Below, piece by piece: positions 1 to 9,078 of a stretch of DNA of 64,000 nucleotides. Source of the stretch: Ignavibacteriales bacterium (lineage in GTDB: Bacteria > Bacteroidota > Ignavibacteria > UBA10030 > UBA6906); NCBI GenBank assembly GCA_037441705.1, contig JBBIRR010000006.1, positions 1 to 64,000 on the forward strand, given 5' to 3'. The position numbers were made by a program, and so were the translations under genes. Numbering within the stretch: the first letter of the stretch is position 1; every line of letters begins with the position of its first letter. The notes beneath the pieces are model-generated. The model did no database searches. It saw nothing but the letters and a program-made list of their open reading frames with translations, and had not been told where the DNA came from.

Positions 1-72
1 AGGATCGTCTGCCCGGACCGGGGGCGCAGCCATTATGACCAGTCCCACAAGCAGCAGCTGTAGGGGTTTCAT
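1..72 (-). CDS. 5' end of a secreted protein (runs off the window)
   Basis: Minus-strand ATG at 72 preceded by GGAGG (78-82); translates MKPLQLLLVGLVIMAAPPVRADDP, a Sec signal peptide with a VRA cleavage site. Confidence 0.7.
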   Translation of the reverse strand, partial: MKPLQLLLVGLVIMAAPPVRADDP

Positions 73-283
73 AATGACCTCCAGTGATTGGATTATGAGG
101 ACGCCTGTAAGTACGGGAAGCGAGGCGAAGAGTTACAGCTTGACCTTCGCCCGGTGTGAGCATTGCCGGCGCTCTGATGCATGCACGCCAGAGCGTTTGC
201 TTCTCCGCTGACAATTCGTATCTTCTCTTGCAAAGGCTACCCGCTCTTTAATTAAGGACGAACCTTTCAGGCAGATCGCCGCC

Positions 284-3200
284 ATGCACATTTCTCCCCG
301 CGTTGCATTCCTCCATTTGTCCGTCCTTCTCTCATGCGTCGTGCCGGCAAGAACGCAAACCTTTCTCTTTGATCACTACAACATTAGCCGCGGGCTTCCT
401 TCCAACTGGATCACCACAATCCATCAGGACTCGCGAGGTTTATTGTGGGTTGGGGGTGATGGCGGGATGGCCGTGTACGACGGCGTGTCGTTCAAGGAAG
501 TCGGCGCTGGCACACTCCCTCTGGTGTGGCACATTATGGAAAGCACCAAGTTCCCGGGCACAGTTTTCGTCGGGACTCATCTTCAAGGATTGAGCATCAT
601 CCGCGACGGACAGATCACCCCCGTGCGGCTTGGAGACAGTCCGAGGACAAACACGATCGTGCGTTTGTTGGAGGATCAAGAGGGAACGCTTTGGTGCGGA
701 ACAAGCTGGGGGATTTTCAGGATACAGGGTGATTCGGCGGTTCTCTTCCAGACGGGCATCGATACGGGGTGGACCGGCATACTGCATCAAACGCGTGCGG
801 GCGCAATATTGATCGGATTGGAGAGCGGCTTCTTCGAGTACGCTTCCGGCTCCCTGTCCCAGCCTCCATACTACTCGCCCGATCATCAGTTCATCTCGGT
901 CTTCGAAGACGAAGATGGCACGCTCTGGTTTGGTTCCCGCCAGGGCGTCATTGTCAAAGTTGTGAACAGAAAGATTGTCGCGCAGCTTCAAACCGGATTG
1001 GGTGAACTTCCTTCCATTGCGGGCGATCGTGAGGGAAACCTTTGGGTTGCAACCAATAAAGGTGTGCTGCGGGTTTCCAAAAACGGTTTCCCGGACGGCG
1101 AAACCTTGCTGCTCACAACCGACAACGGATTGCAGGAGAATGGCGTCATCGTCTGTTTTATGGATCGTGAAGACAATCTGTGGGTGGGCGGAAAGAACAA
1201 AGGGCTTTCCAAACTTGCCTATCGCAATATCGTCCGATTCAAGGTGGGGAATCTCATTCCCGATATTGTCAACAGAACGGTGGCGGTTGATGAGCGCGGC
1301 CATATCTTTCTTGCCGCGCCGAATCAGGTGTGGGAATTCTGGAAGCCGAAGGGTGGCCTCTGGCGACACCACGTGCACGCTATACAGCCCGTGGGCGGAT
1401 CGCGCGAGGGAAAGGGAATTCGCGGATCGTTTTCCGTTGCCCTTGCACCCGACGGGCTTCTGTGGTACGCTTTTGAACGCGGCGGCTTGCGAGCGTATCG
1501 TGTAATCCACCGACCGGAAACTTTTTCACTGCTCGCCCCGGTAAAATCCATGACGCCCGGCAAGGACCTTCCAGTCGGCTCGCCGCTCGGTATTTTCATC
1601 ACAAGCAACAATCAACTCTGGTATAACAAACGCTCAGGTCCGCTCGTGCAGATTGATCTTCCGTCCGGGAAAGTTCTCGCGATGCACGAAATCGGCGGCG
1701 AAGTCCACGGCGGCACGGTTCAATCTCTGTGCGAGTTGCCGAATGGTGATCTGTGGATCGGAAGGTTCAACGGTGGGATTTCCGTTCTTATGCGCAGCGG
1801 CACACAGTACACTCTGTCTCGTATCTTGACGACGCACGACGGCCTTGTTCATGATCGCGTGCGGTCCATTGCAAGACGGAGGAATGGGGATCTCTGGGTA
1901 GGGACACGGTTCAACGGTATCTCCCTCTACCGCAACGGTACCTTCCACACTATCGGCGCGGGTGACGGACTTATGAACAACGCCGTGTGGCGTATGGTTG
2001 AGGATGAAGATGGGCGGCTGTGGATCGGCACATCCATTGGCGTGCAATATACCGATCCGGACGGCAATACGCTTTTCCATCATCCGCGACTTTCGGGCGA
2101 TCAGGTTGAATCTATCGGGTTCGTTCCCGGCAAGCGGACCATCTGGACGTTGACGTCTGGAGATCTCACGTTGTTTGAATACGGAGCCGAGCGCGGGACC
2201 ATAATCCCGCCGCTGGTGTCAGTTGCCGGGCTTCGCATCAACGGCACTGATCGGTCGCTCAACCAAGGGCAGACATTCTCGCATGATGAGAATTTCTGCG
2301 TGATTCGGTTTGTCGGCATCAGCTTCAAAGATCCGGAAGGGCTACAATTCCGCTACCGGCTTCTCGGCCTTGACACCGCCTGGCACGAGCCGACTCGGCA
2401 GCGCTCGGTCACGTTCGGTTCGCTGCCGTCGGGTGACTACACATTTGAACTTGAGGCGGTGACCGCTGATGGAACCACAAGCGATGGTCCGGCGACCCTC
2501 TCCTTCACCATTCTGCCGCCCTGGTATCGTTCCCCGTGGAGCATCGGGCTGTATCTGGTGTTTGGATCGCTGTCCGTGTTTCTCTCCATCAAGATGCGGA
2601 CGAGAAAACTCGAACGCCGCAGTCGTGAGCTGGAAGCGCTGGTGACTGCACGTACAGCCGAAGTCGTGAAGCAAACCAACCTGCTGCACCAACAGACCGA
2701 ACGCCTGCGCGAACTGGATGCCATGAAGTCGCACTTCTTCACCAACATCTCACATGAATTCCGTACGCCGCTGACGGTCATTCTCGGCCACCTCGAACGC
2801 CTGATGCGGCGCGGTGGGAAGCTGAACGAATACGACGTGATGGATCGAAATGCACGGCGATTACTCCAGCTCATCAATCAACTTCTCGACCTCTCGAAGC
2901 TCGAGGCAGGGGCAATGACCCTGCGTGCGGCAAAAGCGGACATCGTTGCCTTTGCGAAACGCGTCACGGCATCGCTTTCATCGTACGCCGAACACAAAGG
3001 AATCACGCTTACCATGAACGGCGCGCGTCTCTCCGACAGCACCGGCGTGCCCGCTGTCTTCGTCTTCTTCGATCACGACAAGATGGAGAAGGTGCTGTAT
3101 AATCTTCTCTCCAATGCGCTGAAGTTCACGCCGCATGGCGGTACGGTGGATGTCGCGGTCTCAGCCGACACCGAAGGTGACGGGCAGCAGTTTGTGGAGA

Positions 3201-4306
3201 TTGCCGTCTCCGATACGGGGTCGGGCATTCCTTCTTCCAAGCTGCCGTATGTGTTCGATCGTTTCTATCAGGTCGAAGGGACCGTGCATACCGGCATCGA
3301 GGGAACGGGTGTGGGGCTCGCGTTGGTAAAGGAACTTGTCGAGCTGCATCACGGCTCCGTGCGCGTAGCGAGTGAATTGGGAAAAGGCTCGACCTTTACC
3401 GTTCGCCTGCCGCTTGGTTCGTCTCATCTGGATGAGGGCGAGATCGCCGAATGGGACGAGGATATGACGCTTCGCGAGATAGCAGCACCGCCGGACGTTG
3501 AAACACCTATCGCCGCGGTGGATGAAGCCTCGCTTCCGCCGGACGGTGAGCGCGTGCTTATCGTTGAAGACAATGCCGATCTCCGGGATTTTTTGCGCCA
3601 ACAACTCCGCACCGACTACGTCGTGATCGAAAGCGGCAACGGCGCCGACGGCCTGCGAAAAGCCGAGCAGTTCGTTCCCGACCTCATCATCAGCGACATC
3701 ATGATGCCGGAGATGGACGGCTATCAGTTGTGCAGTGCCATCAAGCGCAACGAAAAGACCAACCACATTCCCGTTATTCTGCTGACCGCGAAGGCGACGA
3801 CAGAAAACAAATTGGAGGGATTGGAAACCGGAGCGGACGACTATCTGACCAAACCCTTCAACGCTCAGGAACTGAACCTTCGTGTCCGCAATCTCATCCA
3901 GCTTCGAAAGCAACTCCGGGAGAAGTTTAGCAGCGAGATGTTGCTGAAGCCGTCCGACGTGAGCGTCCCTTCGCAGCAGAGACTCTTTCTCGAGCGCGTC
4001 ACGGCCGTCATTGAGAAGCATCTCTCGGAAGAGGACTTCAGCGTTGAATTGCTTGCCGCCGAAATCGGCATGAGCCGCTCCCAACTTCATCGCAAACTCA
4101 AAGCCCTCACCAACAAAGGTCCGAACGAGTTGATCCGTTCATTCCGCCTCCAGCGTGCTGCCGAGCTTATCCGTCAGGATGCCGCTTCGCTTGCCGAGAT
4201 TGCCTATCAGGTGGGGTTCGGGAGTCAGGCATACTTCACGCGCAGCTTCGGCGAGGAGTTTGGATTGAGTCCGTCGGAGTATCGCAAGACATCGTCACCG
4301 AGGTAG
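284..4306 (+). CDS. Hybrid two-component sensor/regulator (Reg_prop propellers, Y_Y_Y, HisKA, HATPase, REC, AraC HTH)
   Basis: Signal peptide; repeated EDxxGxLWxGT blades; Y_Y_Y 'YRLLGLD..W..LPSGDYTF'; TM helix; H-box 'SHEFRTPLT'; 'NLLSNALKFT', 'GTGVGL'; REC 'DIMMPEMDG'; AraC 'EIAYQVGF..YFTRSF...FG.SP.EYR'. Confidence 0.95.
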   Translation: MHISPRVAFLHLSVLLSCVVPARTQTFLFDHYNISRGLPSNWITTIHQDSRGLLWVGGDGGMAVYDGVSFKEVGAGTLPLVWHIMESTKFPGTVFVGTHLQGLSIIRDGQITPVRLGDSPRTNTIVRLLEDQEGTLWCGTSWGIFRIQGDSAVLFQTGIDTGWTGILHQTRAGAILIGLESGFFEYASGSLSQPPYYSPDHQFISVFEDEDGTLWFGSRQGVIVKVVNRKIVAQLQTGLGELPSIAGDREGNLWVATNKGVLRVSKNGFPDGETLLLTTDNGLQENGVIVCFMDREDNLWVGGKNKGLSKLAYRNIVRFKVGNLIPDIVNRTVAVDERGHIFLAAPNQVWEFWKPKGGLWRHHVHAIQPVGGSREGKGIRGSFSVALAPDGLLWYAFERGGLRAYRVIHRPETFSLLAPVKSMTPGKDLPVGSPLGIFITSNNQLWYNKRSGPLVQIDLPSGKVLAMHEIGGEVHGGTVQSLCELPNGDLWIGRFNGGISVLMRSGTQYTLSRILTTHDGLVHDRVRSIARRRNGDLWVGTRFNGISLYRNGTFHTIGAGDGLMNNAVWRMVEDEDGRLWIGTSIGVQYTDPDGNTLFHHPRLSGDQVESIGFVPGKRTIWTLTSGDLTLFEYGAERGTIIPPLVSVAGLRINGTDRSLNQGQTFSHDENFCVIRFVGISFKDPEGLQFRYRLLGLDTAWHEPTRQRSVTFGSLPSGDYTFELEAVTADGTTSDGPATLSFTILPPWYRSPWSIGLYLVFGSLSVFLSIKMRTRKLERRSRELEALVTARTAEVVKQTNLLHQQTERLRELDAMKSHFFTNISHEFRTPLTVILGHLERLMRRGGKLNEYDVMDRNARRLLQLINQLLDLSKLEAGAMTLRAAKADIVAFAKRVTASLSSYAEHKGITLTMNGARLSDSTGVPAVFVFFDHDKMEKVLYNLLSNALKFTPHGGTVDVAVSADTEGDGQQFVEIAVSDTGSGIPSSKLPYVFDRFYQVEGTVHTGIEGTGVGLALVKELVELHHGSVRVASELGKGSTFTVRLPLGSSHLDEGEIAEWDEDMTLREIAAPPDVETPIAAVDEASLPPDGERVLIVEDNADLRDFLRQQLRTDYVVIESGNGADGLRKAEQFVPDLIISDIMMPEMDGYQLCSAIKRNEKTNHIPVILLTAKATTENKLEGLETGADDYLTKPFNAQELNLRVRNLIQLRKQLREKFSSEMLLKPSDVSVPSQQRLFLERVTAVIEKHLSEEDFSVELLAAEIGMSRSQLHRKLKALTNKGPNELIRSFRLQRAAELIRQDAASLAEIAYQVGFGSQAYFTRSFGEEFGLSPSEYRKTSSPR

Positions 4307-4326
4307 TTCCACCTCGGTCGCGTTGG

Positions 4327-5889
4327 CTATCGCACAAGCAACATCTTTCTTGTGGCCACAAATTCCCCCGGCTGCCCGTTCTCTCGTCGTGTTGATGGCA
4401 CAACGGTCAGCCGATAGAAATACACCCCGCTCGCCAACCCCGTCGCATCAAACGTCACCTCATAACTTCCTGCATGCAGATTCTCGTTCACTAACGTTCG
4501 AACTTCACGACCCAACACATCGTAGACTTTCAGCGTCACCTGACCTGAACCTTGAACCCTGAACCTAATGGTTGTTACAGGGTTGAAGGGATTCGGATAA
4601 TTTTGCATGAGGGCGAATCCTTCGGGCACCGCATCGGGATTGCTCTCAACATCCAGGGGGGAGGCGAAAGCCCTGTCATAAAAGACCTTGCGCGTTGCTC
4701 CGTCCAAACCGACCCAAATTGTGCCGATGTCCCCGTTCGGGTATTCGATGATGCTCGGGAGGTAGCCGCGCGTCGACCAGACGGGCGGATGGTTGCTGAT
4801 TCGACGCCGCCCCTGCACAACGGTGGGACTTGCTTTTTCCATAGACAGATACATCAACCTATCGTTGGAAGTGCCGGCGCTGTCCGCATAGTAAATGAAG
4901 TCAACTCCATCAGAATAATGTGCGGCGTCGAACCAATATTCATGAATGGATGTGCCGGCAATGGTGGAGGGATTGGTAAATGTTGCGCCCATGTTGGTAC
5001 TCACGCGAACGCGAATATGCGAGTCGCTTCCCGAAGGGTTTTCACGAGTATTGAAAAACCATACCACATTGTCTACCCGAACGGGTTGATGCTCGTTCCG
5101 ATTGTACGTTGTGTCGTCGTCAATAACCCGCTGGTCTATTACTTCAAGCAGATTGTTGTTTTCCCGCCATCGGGAAAACATGAGCAGCGACCTGGCCGTG
5201 TCGGGGTTGATGGCACTGTAGTAACTCACAAAGACTGTATCCCGCCGCCCGAAAATCGTGTTGATGTACGCGCGAGGATGTGCCCCGTTTTGTGTAAAGA
5301 TTTGCGCGCCCCAGGTGGCCCCATAGTTGGTGCTGCGAAAAGTGAATATCTGGTTTGTCTCCCCAATATCAATCAATGCGTAGATATTGCCGTTGGCGGA
5401 TGCAACAACATCGAAATCGCGCACCGGAGGATAGCTACCCGTGAGATTTGTCAACAGTGTCGCTTCCACGTTCCAACAATAGAGATCTCCATTGGTCAAA
5501 AAGAAGAGATACAACGAGTCGTTGCGGGCGCGTACCATCTTTGTTTTGGGGATGATGAGAGAAGGAGAAATGGACCATGCAGCTGTCCAGGTGTCGCCGT
5601 AGTTTGTCGTCCGGTATTTGACGAGGCCGCGGTTCGGCACCAGACCCGTGTCGGGGACCGCGACGAACGCAACGCCGTTCGCTCGTGCCGCTCCCGACGG
5701 GCGTCCGAGGGGCTCGCGGTTGGTAATGGCCATGTCGCCACCCCACTGCGGACTCATCACGGGCGGAAACTCTTGCGCCACCGGAACGACTCTGATGTCC
5801 ATCGAGGTCTCCTGCGCTGTTGCATACGATGCAAGGAACATCAACACAAGCGTAGTGATTATGGGAACGTTCATGGACCATCTCCTCAT
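4327..5889 (-). CDS. Secreted BNR/Asp-box protein with T9SS-type C-terminal sorting domain
   Basis: Signal peptide; Asp-box-like 'RTTNYGDTW', 'RSTNYGATW', 'STNMGATF'; C-terminal '[38 protein letters not shown]'; the start may be the second ATG. Confidence 0.85.
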   Translation of the reverse strand: MRRWSMNVPIITTLVLMFLASYATAQETSMDIRVVPVAQEFPPVMSPQWGGDMAITNREPLGRPSGAARANGVAFVAVPDTGLVPNRGLVKYRTTNYGDTWTAAWSISPSLIIPKTKMVRARNDSLYLFFLTNGDLYCWNVEATLLTNLTGSYPPVRDFDVVASANGNIYALIDIGETNQIFTFRSTNYGATWGAQIFTQNGAHPRAYINTIFGRRDTVFVSYYSAINPDTARSLLMFSRWRENNNLLEVIDQRVIDDDTTYNRNEHQPVRVDNVVWFFNTRENPSGSDSHIRVRVSTNMGATFTNPSTIAGTSIHEYWFDAAHYSDGVDFIYYADSAGTSNDRLMYLSMEKASPTVVQGRRRISNHPPVWSTRGYLPSIIEYPNGDIGTIWVGLDGATRKVFYDRAFASPLDVESNPDAVPEGFALMQNYPNPFNPVTTIRFRVQGSGQVTLKVYDVLGREVRTLVNENLHAGSYEVTFDATGLASGVYFYRLTVVPSTRRENGQPGEFVATRKMLLVR

Positions 5890-5906
5890 TGTCTAACTCC
5901 TGTATC

Positions 5907-8021
5907 CTATCTGACAAGCGCAAGTTTCTTCGCTGCTGTGAAATTCCCGGATTGCAACGTATAGACGTACACACCGCTGGCAAGGGAGGAGGCGTCGAAC
6001 GGGACCGCGTATTTTCCGGCACGCAAATTTTCGGAGACAAGCGTCCGTACTTCCCTGCCGAGCAGGTCGTAGACCTTCAGTGAAACAAATCCGCTGATGG
6101 GTATGGAGAACTCGATTGTGGTTACCGGATTGAAGGGGTTGGGATAGTTTTGATGCAGAACAAACTGCGACGGTAGATCCCCCGCGAGTTCATTGACAGA
6201 CGTAATCTGTGCAATCGGACGCCTCCATGCACCGTTCGCATACGTCCCTGCGAAAAGATCGGTGCCGACGATGGCGAGAGATGCGATGCGCAGGTTCGCA
6301 AGTCCCGTGTTGGCAGGTCTCCACTCGAAGCCGCTGTTCGTTGAAAAGAAGATTCCTGAGTTCCGTGTACCAGCAAAAACATTCGAGCCGGTGGCTGCAA
6401 GCGCCCTAATACTCAAATCCGTCAAGCCGGAGTTGGACGGCAACCAGTCGGCACCGGCGTTGAAGGACCGATAGAAACCGGAATCAGTCGCTGCAAAGAT
6501 CGTGGTACTCGATTGGAAAACTATGTCGTGAACCCAGAGATTACCAAGACCATTGTTCCTTTCGACCCAACTCAACCCGTTGTTGGTTGATCGGAATATG
6601 CCGCCACCATACGTCCCGACAAAAATCTGGTCGCCCGAAACAGCAAGTACCCAAGCCCGGCGGTTGGTTAGCCCCGTGTTGACCTCTGTCCAGCTCTGTC
6701 CGTTGTTGGTGGAACGCAAGACCCCGCGCAAGAAGGATGCTGCAAAGATGTTACTCCCGCTGAAGGCAATACTCCAGATGCTTTCATTCTCGATACCGCC
6801 GTTAGCAGGGAACCATGTGACTCCCGCGTTGGTCGTCCGATAGACTCCAAAGCCGTCGGTTCCTGCGTAGACTGTGGACCCGCTTGCAGCGATCGCCCAA
6901 ATGTGCTGGCCCGCCTGATTGGATAAGTCGTTGCTCCTGGTCCATGTTTCCCCTTGGTTGGTGCTGCGAAATGCACCGCTGCCATATGTGCTTGCAAACA
7001 GGTTTGTACCGGATTGAGCAAACGCGCGGACATACGTGGCTGCCAATCCCGTATTCGTGGTCGTCCACGCGGCTCCGTTGTTGACCGATCGAACCACACC
7101 GACACCTCTCAGTCCGGCAAAAACGCTTGTACCATTGACACCCAATGCGAGGACGGGCAGGTTGGGCCAGCCGATGTTCAACAGTGTCCAACTGCCACCG
7201 CTGTTCGTAGAAAGAAACACGCCGCCATTTCCGGCAAGTGTTCCTGCAAAGAGATTCGTTCCGCTAACGGCAAGTGTCTGGATGAACATGTTCGTCAGTC
7301 CGGTGTTGACCTGCACCCATGTGTTGCCGTTGTTGGTTGTGCGGAACACACCTCCGTTGGAAGTCCCTGCGAAGATACTCGTGCCCATGACAGCAAGAGA
7401 ATTGATCCAGGTAGATGTCAACCCGCTATTGACTTCGAACCAGGCGGTACTGTTCAGAGGCGACATGAACACTCCGCCAGTTGTTCCGGCATACAATGTT
7501 GTTCCGCTGACCACAAGAGAAAAAACAGTCGTGCTCGTCAAGAATGTGTTGTATGTCGTCCAGGTGTCCCCATTGTTTGTGGATAGGAATACTCCCTGGC
7601 CTTGTGTGCCTGCATAGAGATGTGTCTGTCGGGCCACAAGAGAACGCACAGTCACATTTTGTTGCAACCCATTGCTCACCCGCACCCATGACGCTCCGTT
7701 GTTGCTGGAGCGGAACACACCGTCAGAAGTTCCTGCAAAGAGATAGCCTGAGAGAGAGGCTAGCGACCAAATAGTCTTATTGGTTAATCCCGTACTGACC
7801 AGCTCCCAGGTGGTTCCATCGTTGCTTGTCCGGAAGACTCCGCCATCCTCCGTGCCGGCAAAGAAGTATCCGCCGCTCGAGGCAAAGGTATAGACGGTGC
7901 CGCCGTAGGGTCCATGGCTCTGAACCCATTGGGCGAGCGAATCATCTACTGCGGCCATCAAGCAAATTGTCGCAGCAACGAAAGTCGTCGCTGAAGAAAT
8001 CCGTCGGCACAGGGCTTTCAT
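5907..8021 (-). CDS. Secreted repetitive beta-propeller protein (about 14 blades) with T9SS-type CTD
   Basis: 13 copies of 'GVFRSTNNGxxW...NTGL' at about 43-aa period plus a closing partial blade; signal peptide; CTD '[10 protein letters not shown]...KKLALVR'. Confidence 0.9.
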   Translation of the reverse strand: MKALCRRISSATTFVAATICLMAAVDDSLAQWVQSHGPYGGTVYTFASSGGYFFAGTEDGGVFRTSNDGTTWELVSTGLTNKTIWSLASLSGYLFAGTSDGVFRSSNNGASWVRVSNGLQQNVTVRSLVARQTHLYAGTQGQGVFLSTNNGDTWTTYNTFLTSTTVFSLVVSGTTLYAGTTGGVFMSPLNSTAWFEVNSGLTSTWINSLAVMGTSIFAGTSNGGVFRTTNNGNTWVQVNTGLTNMFIQTLAVSGTNLFAGTLAGNGGVFLSTNSGGSWTLLNIGWPNLPVLALGVNGTSVFAGLRGVGVVRSVNNGAAWTTTNTGLAATYVRAFAQSGTNLFASTYGSGAFRSTNQGETWTRSNDLSNQAGQHIWAIAASGSTVYAGTDGFGVYRTTNAGVTWFPANGGIENESIWSIAFSGSNIFAASFLRGVLRSTNNGQSWTEVNTGLTNRRAWVLAVSGDQIFVGTYGGGIFRSTNNGLSWVERNNGLGNLWVHDIVFQSSTTIFAATDSGFYRSFNAGADWLPSNSGLTDLSIRALAATGSNVFAGTRNSGIFFSTNSGFEWRPANTGLANLRIASLAIVGTDLFAGTYANGAWRRPIAQITSVNELAGDLPSQFVLHQNYPNPFNPVTTIEFSIPISGFVSLKVYDLLGREVRTLVSENLRAGKYAVPFDASSLASGVYVYTLQSGNFTAAKKLALVR

Positions 8022-8284
8022 TGTGTACTCCTTTTACTATTTGTTATTGAGATTGGTCTGAAGCGCGGGACCTTTGGCCGCGGCGCAAAGTTCTTGCGCT
8101 GAGCAGTAGCGAAACCGCGAAGGTCGGATGGAATGTGTATGTGGGGACATGAAAGAACAGAACGTATCTACCCTAACAAGATAGGTTCAGCGGGGCATCG
8201 GGACAATTACGCAAATGCGTGTATTCTGAGAGAGGAATGGAAGAGAAATGCTAACATGATGATTGAAAAAGGGAAAAGATCGCC

Positions 8285-8366
8285 CCACGAAGGACACGAA
8301 GTTGCACGAAGGTGGCCTCCATATGATCAAGAAATGGCCCTTCGTGTCCCTTAGTGAACTTCGTGG
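8285..8366. repeat. Imperfect inverted repeat built of CACGAA(G) units (REP-like hairpin)
   Basis: ccacgaaggacacgaagttgcacgaagg ... ccttcgtgtcccttagtgaacttcgtgg; just downstream of the response regulator stop codon. Confidence 0.65.
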
Positions 8367-8375
8367 ATTGCAAAA

Positions 8376-9035
8376 CTAGAGCAGGTTTTCCTTCAAGGCT
8401 TTAGCCACGGCGCCGCTGCGGGAATGTACCTGGAGCTTCGTGTAGATGCCCCGCATGTGCATGTCGATAGTGTGGAAACTGAGGAACAGCTTATCGGCAA
8501 TTTGCTTCTTGGCGAGTCCGTCAACGAGGCATTGGAGGATTTCGCGCTCTCGAGAGGTGAGACCGTAGTTGCCCTTGGGGGCAGCCAAGCGGGAAAACAT
8601 ATTCAACACCTTGGCGGCAATTTGCGCGTTCATGGGAGCGCCGCCGTTCAGTACCTCTTGCAACGCAGAGACAATCTTTTCGGTGGATTCACTCTTGAGC
8701 AGATACCCCGATGCGCCGGCGCAGATTGCCTGAAAGATCATATCATTCTCATCAAAAACAGTCAGCATAACAACGCGAGTCTCCGGCGAGATTGCTTTCA
8801 CTCTCCGCACTCCCTCGATGCCGTTCATTCCCGGCAGTCCAATATCCATTAGAATGACATCGGGAAAATCGGAATTCTCCAGCTCCTTGAGGGCTTCCTC
8901 GCAACTGGAAAATGCATGCTCAAAACGGAGTGCCGGCGTCTGTCGGATGAGATCGGCGATGGTTGCGCGGAACGCGGCGTTGTCCTCCACGATCCACACA
9001 GAGAGGGCTGAAGTCTCGAAAGGTGGCTCCATCAT
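8376..9035 (-). CDS. NarL/LuxR-family response regulator
   Basis: 'IVEDN', phospho-acceptor 'LMDIGLPGMNG', 'GASGYLLK', LuxR HTH 'LTSREREIL...KQIADKLFLS..TI..H...IY.KL'. Confidence 0.95.
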   Translation of the reverse strand: MMEPPFETSALSVWIVEDNAAFRATIADLIRQTPALRFEHAFSSCEEALKELENSDFPDVILMDIGLPGMNGIEGVRRVKAISPETRVVMLTVFDENDMIFQAICAGASGYLLKSESTEKIVSALQEVLNGGAPMNAQIAAKVLNMFSRLAAPKGNYGLTSREREILQCLVDGLAKKQIADKLFLSFHTIDMHMRGIYTKLQVHSRSGAVAKALKENLL

Positions 9036-9078
9036 TTCACCAACATACAAGGAATGGGTCAACGCTGCAATTACGCAT

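Noticed and set aside
4552-5964. 470-aa plus-strand ORF
   Set aside because: Antisense shadow of the CTD protein at 4327-5889; no motifs. The same applies to other long shadows (34673-36118, 36833-38227, 49376-50575, 54683-55954), which are expected in GC-rich DNA.
6200-7900. Periodic repeats considered as a CRISPR array or DGR
   Set aside because: The repeats are degenerate at DNA level and in-frame protein blades; there is no identical repeat-spacer pattern and no cas or reverse transcriptase gene.
8062-8130. Hairpin in the leader of the 704-aa gene considered as a riboswitch
   Set aside because: A stem-loop is present, but I could not match c-di-GMP, c-di-AMP, SAM, TPP or cobalamin consensus elements on the coding strand.
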